Shown piece by piece: positions 1-8,428 of a stretch of DNA of 17,220 bases. Made by a program: the position numbers and the translations under genes. Below the pieces are notes generated by a model, which did not search any database, was not told the origin of the DNA, and saw only the letters and a program-made list of their open reading frames with translations. Numbering within the stretch: the first letter of the stretch is position 1; the number at the start of each line of letters is the position of its first letter. Source of the stretch: a virus; the IMG/VR virus record IMGVR_UViG_3300045988_133601, positions 1 through 17,220 of that record; one strand, 5' to 3'.

Positions 1-76
1 AAAGATATATACTGTCCGTCCCACGCGGACATTTTCCCAATTTTGTCCGCGTACGGCGGACAGCACTTTGCACAAT

Positions 77-111
77 AAAAGCGGTGTCCGCCAGGGAAAG
101 ACACCGCTTTT
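77..111. terminator. Hairpin with flanking A4/T4 runs inside ITR-L (reads as an intrinsic terminator on either strand)
   Basis: aaaa-GCGGTGTC(81-88)-11 nt loop-GACACCGC(100-107)-tttt. Confidence 0.5.
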
Positions 112-150
112 GCAAACTATTTCATTGCATTTGTTCACTTTTTAATACTT

Positions 151-159
151 ATTATAACA
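151..159 (-). promoter_or_regulatory. Extended -10 element TGTTATAAT facing the left terminus
   Basis: The minus strand reads TGTTATAAT (159 to 151). There is no convincing -35. The hairpin/T-run at 111-77 lies about 35-65 nt downstream. Confidence 0.3.
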
Positions 160-192
160 CATATGCCCGAAATTTTTATGCATTTTTCCAAC

Positions 193-221
193 TTGACAAA
201 TACGCTTTACCCGACTAAAGT
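193..221 (+). promoter_or_regulatory. Sigma-A-like promoter facing inward (ITR-L copy)
   Basis: TTGACA (193-198), 17-nt spacer, TAAAGT (216-221). At this end it would fire antisense to the late genes; the mirrored copy at 17000-17028 points toward the early genes. Confidence 0.3.
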
Positions 222-776
222 GTTAGTCCCGTCTAATTGTCTATACAATTCAACAATTATTCACGTTTTCCTCCCGATTCACACACAATTCTTCCGTTTT
301 ATTAACTCATTTTACCCGAAAAGTGGGCAAAACCGCCAGTTTGTCCGCGGGTCGCGGACACATCGGAAACGGGGACTCACTTTAGTCTGCTAAAGTGTCC
401 GCGAGTGACGGACACGGCGCGTCCATTCGCTTCGCTCCCGTCCGCGCCTGCCCTTGCGGGGTCACCGCTCCGCGGTTGCCCGCGGCTGCCATGTGGTTGA
501 TTATATGTGTAACGTTTGTGATCGCCCGGTGTCGTCCGCTCCGCGGACTGCCTGTTATTTATATGTGTAAAGTTAGTAATCGTGAGTGATCGCTCGGTTG
601 TCCGCCGATGACCGCCGGAGGCGGTTGCCCTCCGGGTGGCGGACACGGGCGCGCCTGCCCTCCGGTGTCACCGCTTCGCGGTTGCCCATGGTTGCCCACG
701 TCGTCCGCTCCGCGGGATGCCCGTTGTTTATATATGTGTAATTCTTTGATACTTAGTTAATTAAAAGTTTCGTTAT

Positions 777-2429
777 TTAATTAACATCGTATGCAGATAA
801 ACAGTTACTTAGAATAGCAAAGAAACATGGATATAGGGAAATGTATGTTTCTTTTGTATCAACTGTCCACATAATAAGTGGTATATCATTACTAACGCAC
901 AAATTGTAAAATTTTTCGTTGAAATATATATAACCACCGCTCATCGCAACTGTGTTTGTATCTGTTCTTAATGATTGTATTTGTCTGATTACAGACATAA
1001 AACTGTTATCATCAAGTGTGGCTGAATATCCTGCGCCAATTCCTAATTTTGCATTAGGTAAAATGTTTTTTACCATAAGTAAATTATTATATGAAAATGA
1101 TATAAACCATACATTATCAATCATTCCATACTTCTTTACTATATTAATAATTGAATTTACCATATTTTCTGTATAAACAACTTCGTCTTTCAGTTCAATA
1201 AATGGTTTTAATCCATTTGATTTGCAAAAAGACATAAATTCATCAAAAGTAGGAATATGTGTCCCTTTGTATTTTGCATTTTTCCAGATACCAAAGTCAT
1301 AAGTCAATGCTTGCTGATAGGTTATATCTCTAATCGCAATATCACTTGTTAGTTTTGACCCGTCTGGATTTCGTGCTGTTCTGTTGATCGTGGCATCATG
1401 TAATAATACTGGTATATTATCAGATGTAAAAAGAACATCAGTTTCGACATACACAAAACCCTCTTTTGCTGATAACTCAAAAGCAGGAATTGTATTTTCG
1501 GGTGCAACTGTATTGAATCCTCTGTGATTAATAAAAATAACATTTGATGTAATATTTTTCATTTTTTTATTAAGATCAATTATATCTTTTTTTTCATTTT
1601 CTACTACATCAGTTATTCTCATATTAGAAGAAACATATTCTGGAGACAATATTTCACCAGTATCATAAAAATCAATTACAAACTGATAATTTCTATATTT
1701 ATTTGATAATTCATTAAAATTGACAGAATGAATGTATAGTGTATTATCGAAAATCTTGATAAAATCACTTCCATTCCACGTTCCAATATATACGTCATTT
1801 TGAAAAGCGCATACATACATTCTATATGACGATTCTACAATATATCTTTTGTTGACAAAACTTTTTGTCCTACACCAAGTTTTACTTTCTGTTTTAGTTC
1901 CGTCAACGATAGCGTAATAACCTTGTTCAATTTCTAATATCGTTGAATAGATATTATTGTTTAATTCTGTTTTTACTGATGTGATTCTTAATCCTGTTGA
2001 TTTAGAATCTGCGGCGGCATTTTCTATTGTTAATGACTTGTCGAGTGGCGGATTTGATGGATTAGTGATATTAGCTGTCAACCATGTTGTTACGTCATTG
2101 CTTACAGTTGGTGTCAACAAATTCAGCAGTGCTCCGCTATTTTTCATTTCTTCTATTTTCTTGTTGACTTCACCTTGTAAATCGAGATTTGTAAAAAACT
2201 GATTGATAAAATCATGTAATGCTTTATAACTTTTTACAAGTTCATCCTGCGCATCAAACATTTCTTTTACTGTCTTAAACAGCACAACGAATTTGTTTTC
2301 CAGACTCAACGTTCCATTGAAATCATACGGAATCCCCCGCACACTTGCTACAACTTCACACGCCTGCGTAATCATTTGACCGAAATCGGGCAAACTAGGA
2401 AAATTTGGAACTGTAGGTTTCTTTTCCAT
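777..2429 (-). CDS. Tail appendage / receptor-binding protein with C-terminal glycerophosphodiester phosphodiesterase (GDPD) domain
   Basis: 550 aa; SD AAGGAGGA upstream of the ATG at 2429. NHRGFNTVAPENTIPAFELSAKEGFVYVETDVLFTSDNIPVLLHD matches the HRG..PENT..AF...E.D...T.D...V.HD signature of the GDPD (GlpQ/UgpQ) family. It is the last gene of the structural block, the position of phi29 gp12. Confidence 0.8.
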   Translation of the reverse strand: MEKKPTVPNFPSLPDFGQMITQACEVVASVRGIPYDFNGTLSLENKFVVLFKTVKEMFDAQDELVKSYKALHDFINQFFTNLDLQGEVNKKIEEMKNSGALLNLLTPTVSNDVTTWLTANITNPSNPPLDKSLTIENAAADSKSTGLRITSVKTELNNNIYSTILEIEQGYYAIVDGTKTESKTWCRTKSFVNKRYIVESSYRMYVCAFQNDVYIGTWNGSDFIKIFDNTLYIHSVNFNELSNKYRNYQFVIDFYDTGEILSPEYVSSNMRITDVVENEKKDIIDLNKKMKNITSNVIFINHRGFNTVAPENTIPAFELSAKEGFVYVETDVLFTSDNIPVLLHDATINRTARNPDGSKLTSDIAIRDITYQQALTYDFGIWKNAKYKGTHIPTFDEFMSFCKSNGLKPFIELKDEVVYTENMVNSIINIVKKYGMIDNVWFISFSYNNLLMVKNILPNAKLGIGAGYSATLDDNSFMSVIRQIQSLRTDTNTVAMSGGYIYFNEKFYNLCVSNDIPLIMWTVDTKETYISLYPCFFAILSNCLSAYDVN

Positions 2430-2440
2430 TATTATCCTCC

Positions 2441-3202
2441 TTAATAAAATTGATAGAAAAGTTCTTTACAGTCATCGCAGATACGTTTGTTAAGATTAAG
2501 GATAGTATCGCGGAATCTCTGTATCTCTAAAGAGTAACTTCCGTCAAACCCCTCATCCTCAATCGTATCATTGTTATCTGCGTGATACGTGTCATTGCTA
2601 TTGGTTTTTGTGGTATTCTCGCCATTACTGATCGCGCTGTTGTGAATCGTATTTTGCCCCCGTTCCATCGTAGATGCGTAATTCGTTCCGGCAAAATTGA
2701 TCTGCGGATTGTCAGAGTGAATATTTTGTGTGTCGTTATTTGTATCGGCTGATGTTGTGTTTTTTGCTGTGCTGTCTCCGGAGATCACACCAGTTCGTGT
2801 ATCATCTTTCGTACTTGTTACTTTTCGCGTACTCTTATGAGTAATCAGCGGGTTATACTCAAAAGTAATACTCCGGTACAACTGCTCATAGTATGGCATA
2901 TTGAGTGTGAGAATCTTTTTTAGATGATATTGAAATTCTCCGACAGTTTCCAACCCGATCTGCTCGCGGAAATACTGCAAACAGAACGTTTTTTCGAATG
3001 CCAGCTTTACAGCGGCATATTCCACGGAATCTGCATCCACATAGAAAGGAAAATCAAAATTGAACACCAACGCAACCGCTTTTTCGATCATACCGTCAAT
3101 GTTTTGCTTTTCGAGGGGATGTATGACGTTATCTGCAATGACCAACTGTTCAATGGTATTCGTCAGTGTTTTGGTTTCGTAGTCATATTCAAGAAACATC
3201 AT
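2441..3202 (-). CDS. Lower collar protein (phi29 gp11-like by position)
   Basis: 253 aa; SD AAGGAGGTGG. It overlaps the portal stop by 4 nt and follows the portal as in phi29. The C-terminal half is S/T/N/D-rich. Homology not verified. Confidence 0.55.
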   Translation of the reverse strand: MMFLEYDYETKTLTNTIEQLVIADNVIHPLEKQNIDGMIEKAVALVFNFDFPFYVDADSVEYAAVKLAFEKTFCLQYFREQIGLETVGEFQYHLKKILTLNMPYYEQLYRSITFEYNPLITHKSTRKVTSTKDDTRTGVISGDSTAKNTTSADTNNDTQNIHSDNPQINFAGTNYASTMERGQNTIHNSAISNGENTTKTNSNDTYHADNNDTIEDEGFDGSYSLEIQRFRDTILNLNKRICDDCKELFYQFY

Positions 3203-4119
3203 TCCACCTCCTTATCATCTTCTTTGTTGTCAAAAACATCTGGTCTGTTAATCGGTGTCACCATTTTCGAATTAAAGCGAACATGGATATTAAGACCGTA
3301 CATTGCGTTAATCGCGTCAAGTCCTCTCTGAATGGTTGCCAGATTTCCGTTTCTTGTCAACTCGATTTCTCCATCGTTGTAACTCGTTTCCGCGGAAACT
3401 AGCCGTTCCGGTTTTTCAACGCCGCTTGCTTCGATTCCAAGGTCTGCCAGACACTCTGCCACTTCTCTCTGTGCGGCAGTATCTAACTCGTTAAAAATCG
3501 GCTGTACTTTCAGATCAATCGTGTCAATCTGAATCTGCTTTCTTAAATCGTTTTTCGCTTTGATAAATGGAATATTTTTAACCCACTTCTGAATAAAATT
3601 ATCAATCGACAACTTCTGTGTACTATCCCCGCTGATGACAACTGGCGTCCTCTGCTGAATGACGTTTACCCTTGTGGACGCTTTTTTCTCCGCCAAACTC
3701 TGTGCGTGCAGAATAATGCTGAGAATTTCAGGAACGGCAAAAGGTCTGGCAAAAATCAGCGCGCTTTCTTCCTTATCTGTCTGTTCGTAGTATTGCCCAT
3801 TCATGGCGTATGCAATCCAATCAGTTGGAATCCCGTAAATGTCGGGTTCACCAACCAGATTAACACCAAACACTCCGAAAAGTCCGGTGATTGGCTCTTT
3901 TTTAAACAGGCACATTCCTTGCCATAACAGATATGAGTTGAGCATCCGTGGTGGAATCTCATCCGGTAAACCGTCATACTCATACCGAGATAACGCTAGA
4001 TTTACAAACTTATCAAAAAAGTGTCGGAAATACATTTTTTCCTCCGGTGACGTATTCGGGTTATTTTCCCAGCGTCCCCAAACTTCTTTGTTGCTCACCC
4101 GATACGGGTTATTATACAT
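3199..4119 (-). CDS. Portal / upper collar connector (phi29 gp10-like)
   Basis: 306 aa (phi29 gp10 is 309 aa); SD AAGGAGGTG. EKPERLVSAETSYNDGEIE and INAMYGLNIHVRF resemble remembered gp10 segments EKKERMVTDEVSSNDEQIE and INELYGLNVKVKF. Confidence 0.85.
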   Translation of the reverse strand: MYNNPYRVSNKEVWGRWENNPNTSPEEKMYFRHFFDKFVNLALSRYEYDGLPDEIPPRMLNSYLLWQGMCLFKKEPITGLFGVFGVNLVGEPDIYGIPTDWIAYAMNGQYYEQTDKEESALIFARPFAVPEILSIILHAQSLAEKKASTRVNVIQQRTPVVISGDSTQKLSIDNFIQKWVKNIPFIKAKNDLRKQIQIDTIDLKVQPIFNELDTAAQREVAECLADLGIEASGVEKPERLVSAETSYNDGEIELTRNGNLATIQRGLDAINAMYGLNIHVRFNSKMVTPINRPDVFDNKEDDKEVE

Positions 4120-4131
4120 GACATCACCTCC

Positions 4132-5697
4132 TTAATCATTGGAAAGACCATAGTTTCCAACATCGTCCGTATGCCAGAACGTAACGCCCTTGTTAAACAT
4201 TGACTGTAAAAAGTTGATATCATCGGTGACGCAAGTTCCATGCAATCCACAATTTACGGTTTTAACAAAATTCCAGTTTGTTCGCCCGGTGATATTCGGC
4301 ACTTTGATTCTATGCGTTGCATATCCGTACATGGTGAAATAATCGTCAATTACTTTCGCCATTTCTGGCGTTACACACATTGTCTTTAGAGCAATGGTAT
4401 TGCTAAAAAGTGCTGTTTGTACATAACTTCCAGTAGCACTTCCTTTTGCAGTTGGTGGAATTAAATCGTGTTGCTCCATCTGTGCTGAAATATTTTCGCC
4501 AAACATAAAATTGCTTACTGTCTGACCGATACTGCTTTCGATGGCTTTTCCGAAATTACCGCTTAATACGTTTGCAATGGTTGATACAACACTTTTTCCA
4601 GTATCAATATACTGCTGTTTTGTCTGATAATCCCATATAGGTTGAGACTGTGCAAGCCATGCTTGATACGCGTCATTTGTCCACGCGCAAGTTGGGAAAT
4701 TGCTATAGGTAAACGCATATGGTGTGTTAGCAGTAAGTTCATGTTTATAATTTTTTGGATAAATGTATATTGATGGAATATTTAATTTTACACCTTGCGC
4801 GGTAAATGTAATCTTTTGATCTTTGAAATATTCAAGTCGAAAAACATATTGTGTTCCATCGTGTGCGTCTGCGATTAAGTACGAAAACGGATATTGGAAA
4901 AGTTTTTTATTTTTTGGTGTATATCCTGCAAGTGTTGACGGGAAAATCATGGAAAAATCTTTTGGACTTTCAGAAAAACATAAATTGGGCGCTTGAAATA
5001 TAGATACAATGGCATCCGCGTTACCACTTTTTGAATAGGCTTGAATTTTTTGCTTTATTGTATCAAAATCAGTCGTGCTAAAATAAGTCAAGCCAGACAT
5101 AATTTTTTGATTTAATTCCGGCTCCAGTGCAACACCGTTTTCATCTGCGCTTGCAATGAGACAATAGTTCATCAGTCCGAAACCCATACCAGCAGAAGTA
5201 TTAACTATATATTCTCCCGTTTCCAGATTTTCGGGGACTAGATTCGCACCTACTGCGTCATCTGCTTTCGCAACGTGTTCTCGCTCTACATAGCACGGTT
5301 GAAGTACCACATCGTAAAAACTGTTCTGAAAACGATCGGGTTCGAAATAAATCTTGAAACTTCCGTCACTCAACCATTCTACGCGCGTCACAAAACCGAA
5401 ATACCATTCTTCCGTATAGGGTTTGTTCTGAAAAGCAATATAATTGCATTTCAGAAAATCACTCTCATTCCCTTTTCCTTTATACGTCAGTTCCCCCCAT
5501 CGTACCGGGGCAGACTGCATAAACGTATGAATCGCTTTTTCCTTTACGTGCGCCAGGCACCCTGCTTTTCCGTTTTCGTAGTATCTTACGTGTTCATAAT
5601 CGTTTCCCCACTCAATCCCACTAGCTAAAATAACCGTTGTCTGCGGGGAAACCGCCGCCACATCTGTATGCGGCGGCATCGGAATAAAATTATCCAT
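4132..5697 (-). CDS. Tail knob / distal tube protein (phi29 gp9-like)
   Basis: CNYIAFQNKPYTEEWYFGFVTRVEW..YFEPDRFQN resembles remembered gp9 SYIMFQNADYGNKWFYAFVTELEF..HFEIDVLQT. The ORF track starts at GTG 5706, but ATG 5697 sits at proper spacing behind GAGAGGTGG, so 5697 is preferred. Confidence 0.8.
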   Translation of the reverse strand: MDNFIPMPPHTDVAAVSPQTTVILASGIEWGNDYEHVRYYENGKAGCLAHVKEKAIHTFMQSAPVRWGELTYKGKGNESDFLKCNYIAFQNKPYTEEWYFGFVTRVEWLSDGSFKIYFEPDRFQNSFYDVVLQPCYVEREHVAKADDAVGANLVPENLETGEYIVNTSAGMGFGLMNYCLIASADENGVALEPELNQKIMSGLTYFSTTDFDTIKQKIQAYSKSGNADAIVSIFQAPNLCFSESPKDFSMIFPSTLAGYTPKNKKLFQYPFSYLIADAHDGTQYVFRLEYFKDQKITFTAQGVKLNIPSIYIYPKNYKHELTANTPYAFTYSNFPTCAWTNDAYQAWLAQSQPIWDYQTKQQYIDTGKSVVSTIANVLSGNFGKAIESSIGQTVSNFMFGENISAQMEQHDLIPPTAKGSATGSYVQTALFSNTIALKTMCVTPEMAKVIDDYFTMYGYATHRIKVPNITGRTNWNFVKTVNCGLHGTCVTDDINFLQSMFNKGVTFWHTDDVGNYGLSND

Positions 5698-5711
5698 GTT
5701 TCCCACCTCTC

Positions 5712-7022
5712 TTAATCGGAAGTAAAGTAAATGGTTGCCGTTTTGGAAGAATCGTAACGACTGGTGATCACAACTTTAACACTATCTGTTTCATTTGCTT
5801 TCGGTTTCAAATTCTTTTCATCTTTTGCAATTCGAAGAATTGTTGTACCCGGAATAACAAACGTATCGGCAGAAGAGTTACCCTTTACTTTTACGTCAAT
5901 CGCTTTATCAGATACCCCTTTAGAAGTAACTGAAAAACTTCTGCCAAAGTCCACATCTGTTCCAGCTTTCACCAGTTCCACGTCACTTGCGGTAATGGAA
6001 GAAACATCAACCGTCTCGGTCGTAAACACAATGATCGGATAAAACAGTGAGTACGAGAACATCTCTTTTACTGTATACGTACTGTTCCAACGCAGTCCGC
6101 GATTAACGTTATCCTGTACCATCATGCGATACTGTTCGCGGATTTTGAAAAACCGCTTGTCCACCAGCACGGCAACAATATCCTCAGCATCGTTAAAGTT
6201 ATCAATTAAAACCTGCTGTGCTTTCGGAATCATCCGGTCGAGATTGTACGCGCTTGCATAACTGTCAACGTTCATCGCGGCTTTGGTATCTGGGTCGACA
6301 AACAGAAGAATGGTATCTTCTTTTGCCGCCGATGTCGCGCCTGCAAAGTTGTACAGTGGGTTCGGAAACTGAATTTTATCAATATAAGACTGAATCTGTT
6401 TTGCAAGCGCATTGGCACTCGCCTGGTCAGTAACCGGGTCTACGTGTACCGGATAAATCTGACCCTTGCTCTTTGCAGATGCAATCAGTTCTTTTGCCGT
6501 GGTAAACTCATCCCAGTTACAAGCGGAAACGACACTCTCTACTTTTGCCTGTACCAGACTTCTGAGTCCGTAATCATCGAGAAATGCGCCGCGCATATCC
6601 TCAAACCAGATCGTCACCGGATAATCGTTGTTGAAATTGATTACATGATACAGCGCCATGATATAGCTGTCATAAATGGCGGTCGCATCTTCGATGCTGA
6701 TATTCGCATCGTGCGCATAGCCCTGTGCAAAATTTACGTAGACTTCCTGTTCTCCGTTTCCAAACGGCATGGCGTTACTATTCAACACGCGCAGAGGATT
6801 GCGGAACGCTTCGGTACTGATGGACTGGCTGGCAATCAGATTGACTAGTGCCGGAACGAGTTCGTTTCTTGCCATCGGATTGTATGGGTCAGTTAACGTT
6901 TTCGCAATATCTGCGATATTTTCGCGTGTTGCCACAGGGACGCGGTCACGGTAATCAACGCTCATCGTCTGCCGAACGGCGTTCAGCATATTAATATTGG
7001 TCATATCTAATTTTTCTGCCAT
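5712..7022 (-). CDS. Major capsid protein (phi29 gp8-like), probably with a C-terminal Ig-like domain
   Basis: 436 aa; SD GGAGAG. NMLNAVRQ..YRDRVPVATRENIADIA and AVLVDKRFFKIREQYRMMVQDNVNRGLRWNSTY resemble remembered gp8 segments IVNAIRNS..FKSYVPLATANNVAEVG and [33 protein letters not shown]. The beta-rich C-terminal ~90 aa sits where gp8 has its BIG2 domain. Confidence 0.9.
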   Translation of the reverse strand: MAEKLDMTNINMLNAVRQTMSVDYRDRVPVATRENIADIAKTLTDPYNPMARNELVPALVNLIASQSISTEAFRNPLRVLNSNAMPFGNGEQEVYVNFAQGYAHDANISIEDATAIYDSYIMALYHVINFNNDYPVTIWFEDMRGAFLDDYGLRSLVQAKVESVVSACNWDEFTTAKELIASAKSKGQIYPVHVDPVTDQASANALAKQIQSYIDKIQFPNPLYNFAGATSAAKEDTILLFVDPDTKAAMNVDSYASAYNLDRMIPKAQQVLIDNFNDAEDIVAVLVDKRFFKIREQYRMMVQDNVNRGLRWNSTYTVKEMFSYSLFYPIIVFTTETVDVSSITASDVELVKAGTDVDFGRSFSVTSKGVSDKAIDVKVKGNSSADTFVIPGTTILRIAKDEKNLKPKANETDSVKVVITSRYDSSKTATIYFTSD

Positions 7023-7026
7023 GTTT

Positions 7027-7371
7027 TCACTCTCCTTTTCCGCTCATGATGAGCTGAGACATATCAAGATCATTGATACTTGTTGCGGTTTCTTCCGGTT
7101 TCGGCGCGTTTCCGCCAAACTCGGTTACTTTTGTGATACTTCCGCCGTGGGAAAGATCAGACCAGCGGCTTTTGATTTCTGCGACCGCGGAATCATACTT
7201 TCCGCGCAGTTCGTCCCGTTCCGCAACCAGCGCGTCACGTTCGGACATCAGCGCTCCGATATCGGTATCTTCGGTTTTGATTTTTTCGCTTATGGCGGCG
7301 ATTGCGTCACCGTGCGTTTCGATGTTTCCAATGTCTGCTACAATTTCTGTCCAATACTCTTCAAGTGTCAT
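7027..7371 (-). CDS. Scaffolding protein (phi29 gp7-like by position)
   Basis: 114 aa, acidic and coiled-coil-like (EKIKTEDTDIGALMSERDALVAERDELRGKYDSAVAEIK), directly upstream of the capsid gene; SD AGGAGG. Confidence 0.6.
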   Translation of the reverse strand: MTLEEYWTEIVADIGNIETHGDAIAAISEKIKTEDTDIGALMSERDALVAERDELRGKYDSAVAEIKSRWSDLSHGGSITKVTEFGGNAPKPEETATSINDLDMSQLIMSGKGE

Positions 7372-7372
7372 G

Positions 7373-8428
7373 TTAAAACCTCCTGTTTAAATTGGGATAT
7401 AACCAGATCGGCATTTTATGCCGTTTTGGTTTCATTGGGTGGGGCGGCTCGGGCGGTTCCGGTTGTTCTCCTTTTGCCAGATACCGATATACCATAATAG
7501 CGTTATTCAATCGTTCGGAATCGGATAGATAGCGATTTCCAACAATCCATCCGGTAATTGCAGAATCTTTTGCGTGTTCGGAAATATAATTGAAGCACTC
7601 GTGCGCTTTTTCCTGCCGAAAAGCTAGCGTTCCATCGTCACTGATACCCTCCCACCCTTTCATATAGGCGGCGGTCAATGCGTCTAGATCGGTACTGTCA
7701 CTGTGCAAAAACGCTTGCAGATTTTCGTAAACACTAGCGGCTCCGACCGAATACCAAACATTTTCATAAATCAGATATTCTAACTGCGCGTTACCATCGT
7801 CCCGGCTGTACCCGTTTGCGTCAAGCCAATTAAATAACTGCGTCCGCCGATTGGTGTCGGCGTTATCCGTCCACTGACCCAGACCATAACCGGGCGAGCC
7901 GACAATCGTGCCTTGCCACAATCCAGGATTGATGGTTGACTCCTGCCAGAAGTTGCCACAGATGGCGGCAATTACATACTGGCTGATACCGCTTTGTACC
8001 TCAACTGGGTATCGGTACAGATACGTCCATGCGCTATAGGGAGATACAAACGTATTGATAGATACCTGTCTTTCCAGTGGGTAGCTATCGGTGTGCGCCC
8101 CCATGGTATACCCGCCGCCGTCTGCCGGGTCATATACCATTTCGGTATGCCCGGAACGCCACAAAATATCGCCTTTTTTCCAAGGCTGGTTTGCGGTTCC
8201 TTTTTGGAATCCCGCACCGATCAGATACCCGTCCATGCTCCGAGTGGTAAACCACGGGTTGCTTGCCAAAAAACCACCAACTGTACAACAATAACTCATA
8301 AGGGATGAACAATCATAGTACGTAATCCCTCCCACGGTCTGCCCCTCACGATACGTTTGGGAATAACCCACGTTTGGATTATTACAAATTTGTATGCAAG
8401 TATTATAAGCAAGTGTCAGATCAGCCAC
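7373..8428 (-). CDS. Tail-associated peptidoglycan hydrolase (Amidase_5/NlpC-P60-like N-domain plus phage-tail-lysozyme-like C-domain); functional analogue of phi29 gp13
   Basis: 351 aa, GTG start behind AGAGGGA. The N-domain has GYSQ..YYDCSSL..PWKKGDILWRSGHTEMV (Cys/His hydrolase signature, paralogous to the endolysin next door). The C-domain has AICGNFWQESTINPGLWQG...GYGLGQWT, typical of phage tail lysozyme domains. It lies between the lysis and head genes. Confidence 0.7.
   Translation of the reverse strand: MADLTLAYNTCIQICNNPNVGYSQTYREGQTVGGITYYDCSSLMSYCCTVGGFLASNPWFTTRSMDGYLIGAGFQKGTANQPWKKGDILWRSGHTEMVYDPADGGGYTMGAHTDSYPLERQVSINTFVSPYSAWTYLYRYPVEVQSGISQYVIAAICGNFWQESTINPGLWQGTIVGSPGYGLGQWTDNADTNRRTQLFNWLDANGYSRDDGNAQLEYLIYENVWYSVGAASVYENLQAFLHSDSTDLDALTAAYMKGWEGISDDGTLAFRQEKAHECFNYISEHAKDSAITGWIVGNRYLSDSERLNNAIMVYRYLAKGEQPEPPEPPHPMKPKRHKMPIWLYPNLNRRF

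Larger units (their letters stand above)
1..649. repeat. Left inverted terminal repeat (ITR-L) of a linear genome
   Basis: 1-627 is the exact reverse complement of 16594-17220. Ends and boundary were checked by eye; the ORF track gives identical peptides for 163-393 vs 16828-17058 and 395-589 vs 16632-16826. Mismatches at 628, 644, 650; homology is lost after 651. Starts AAAGATATAT. Confidence 0.95.

Noticed and set aside
612-624. Hairpins such as accgcc-gga-ggcggt downstream of the last late gene, considered as the late terminator
   Set aside because: No U-tract follows on the minus strand, and they belong to the ITR repeat family. I could not identify a convincing late terminator between 777 and the left end.
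163-646. ORFs inside the ITR (163-393 +, 395-589 +, 377-646 -, with mirror copies 16828-17058 and 16632-16826)
   Set aside because: They have no Shine-Dalgarno site, while almost every real gene here has AGGAGG. The 395 ORF starts at a GTG inside a palindrome. The peptides are compositional artefacts: F/L/N-rich in the AT-rich part and R/A/P/G/C-rich in the GC-rich repeat part. The region is better explained by palindromes and repeats.
420-745. GC-rich repeats as a possible CRISPR array
   Set aside because: The units are irregular in length and spacing, are partly palindromic modules rather than repeat-spacer alternation, are mirrored at the other end, and have no cas genes nearby.
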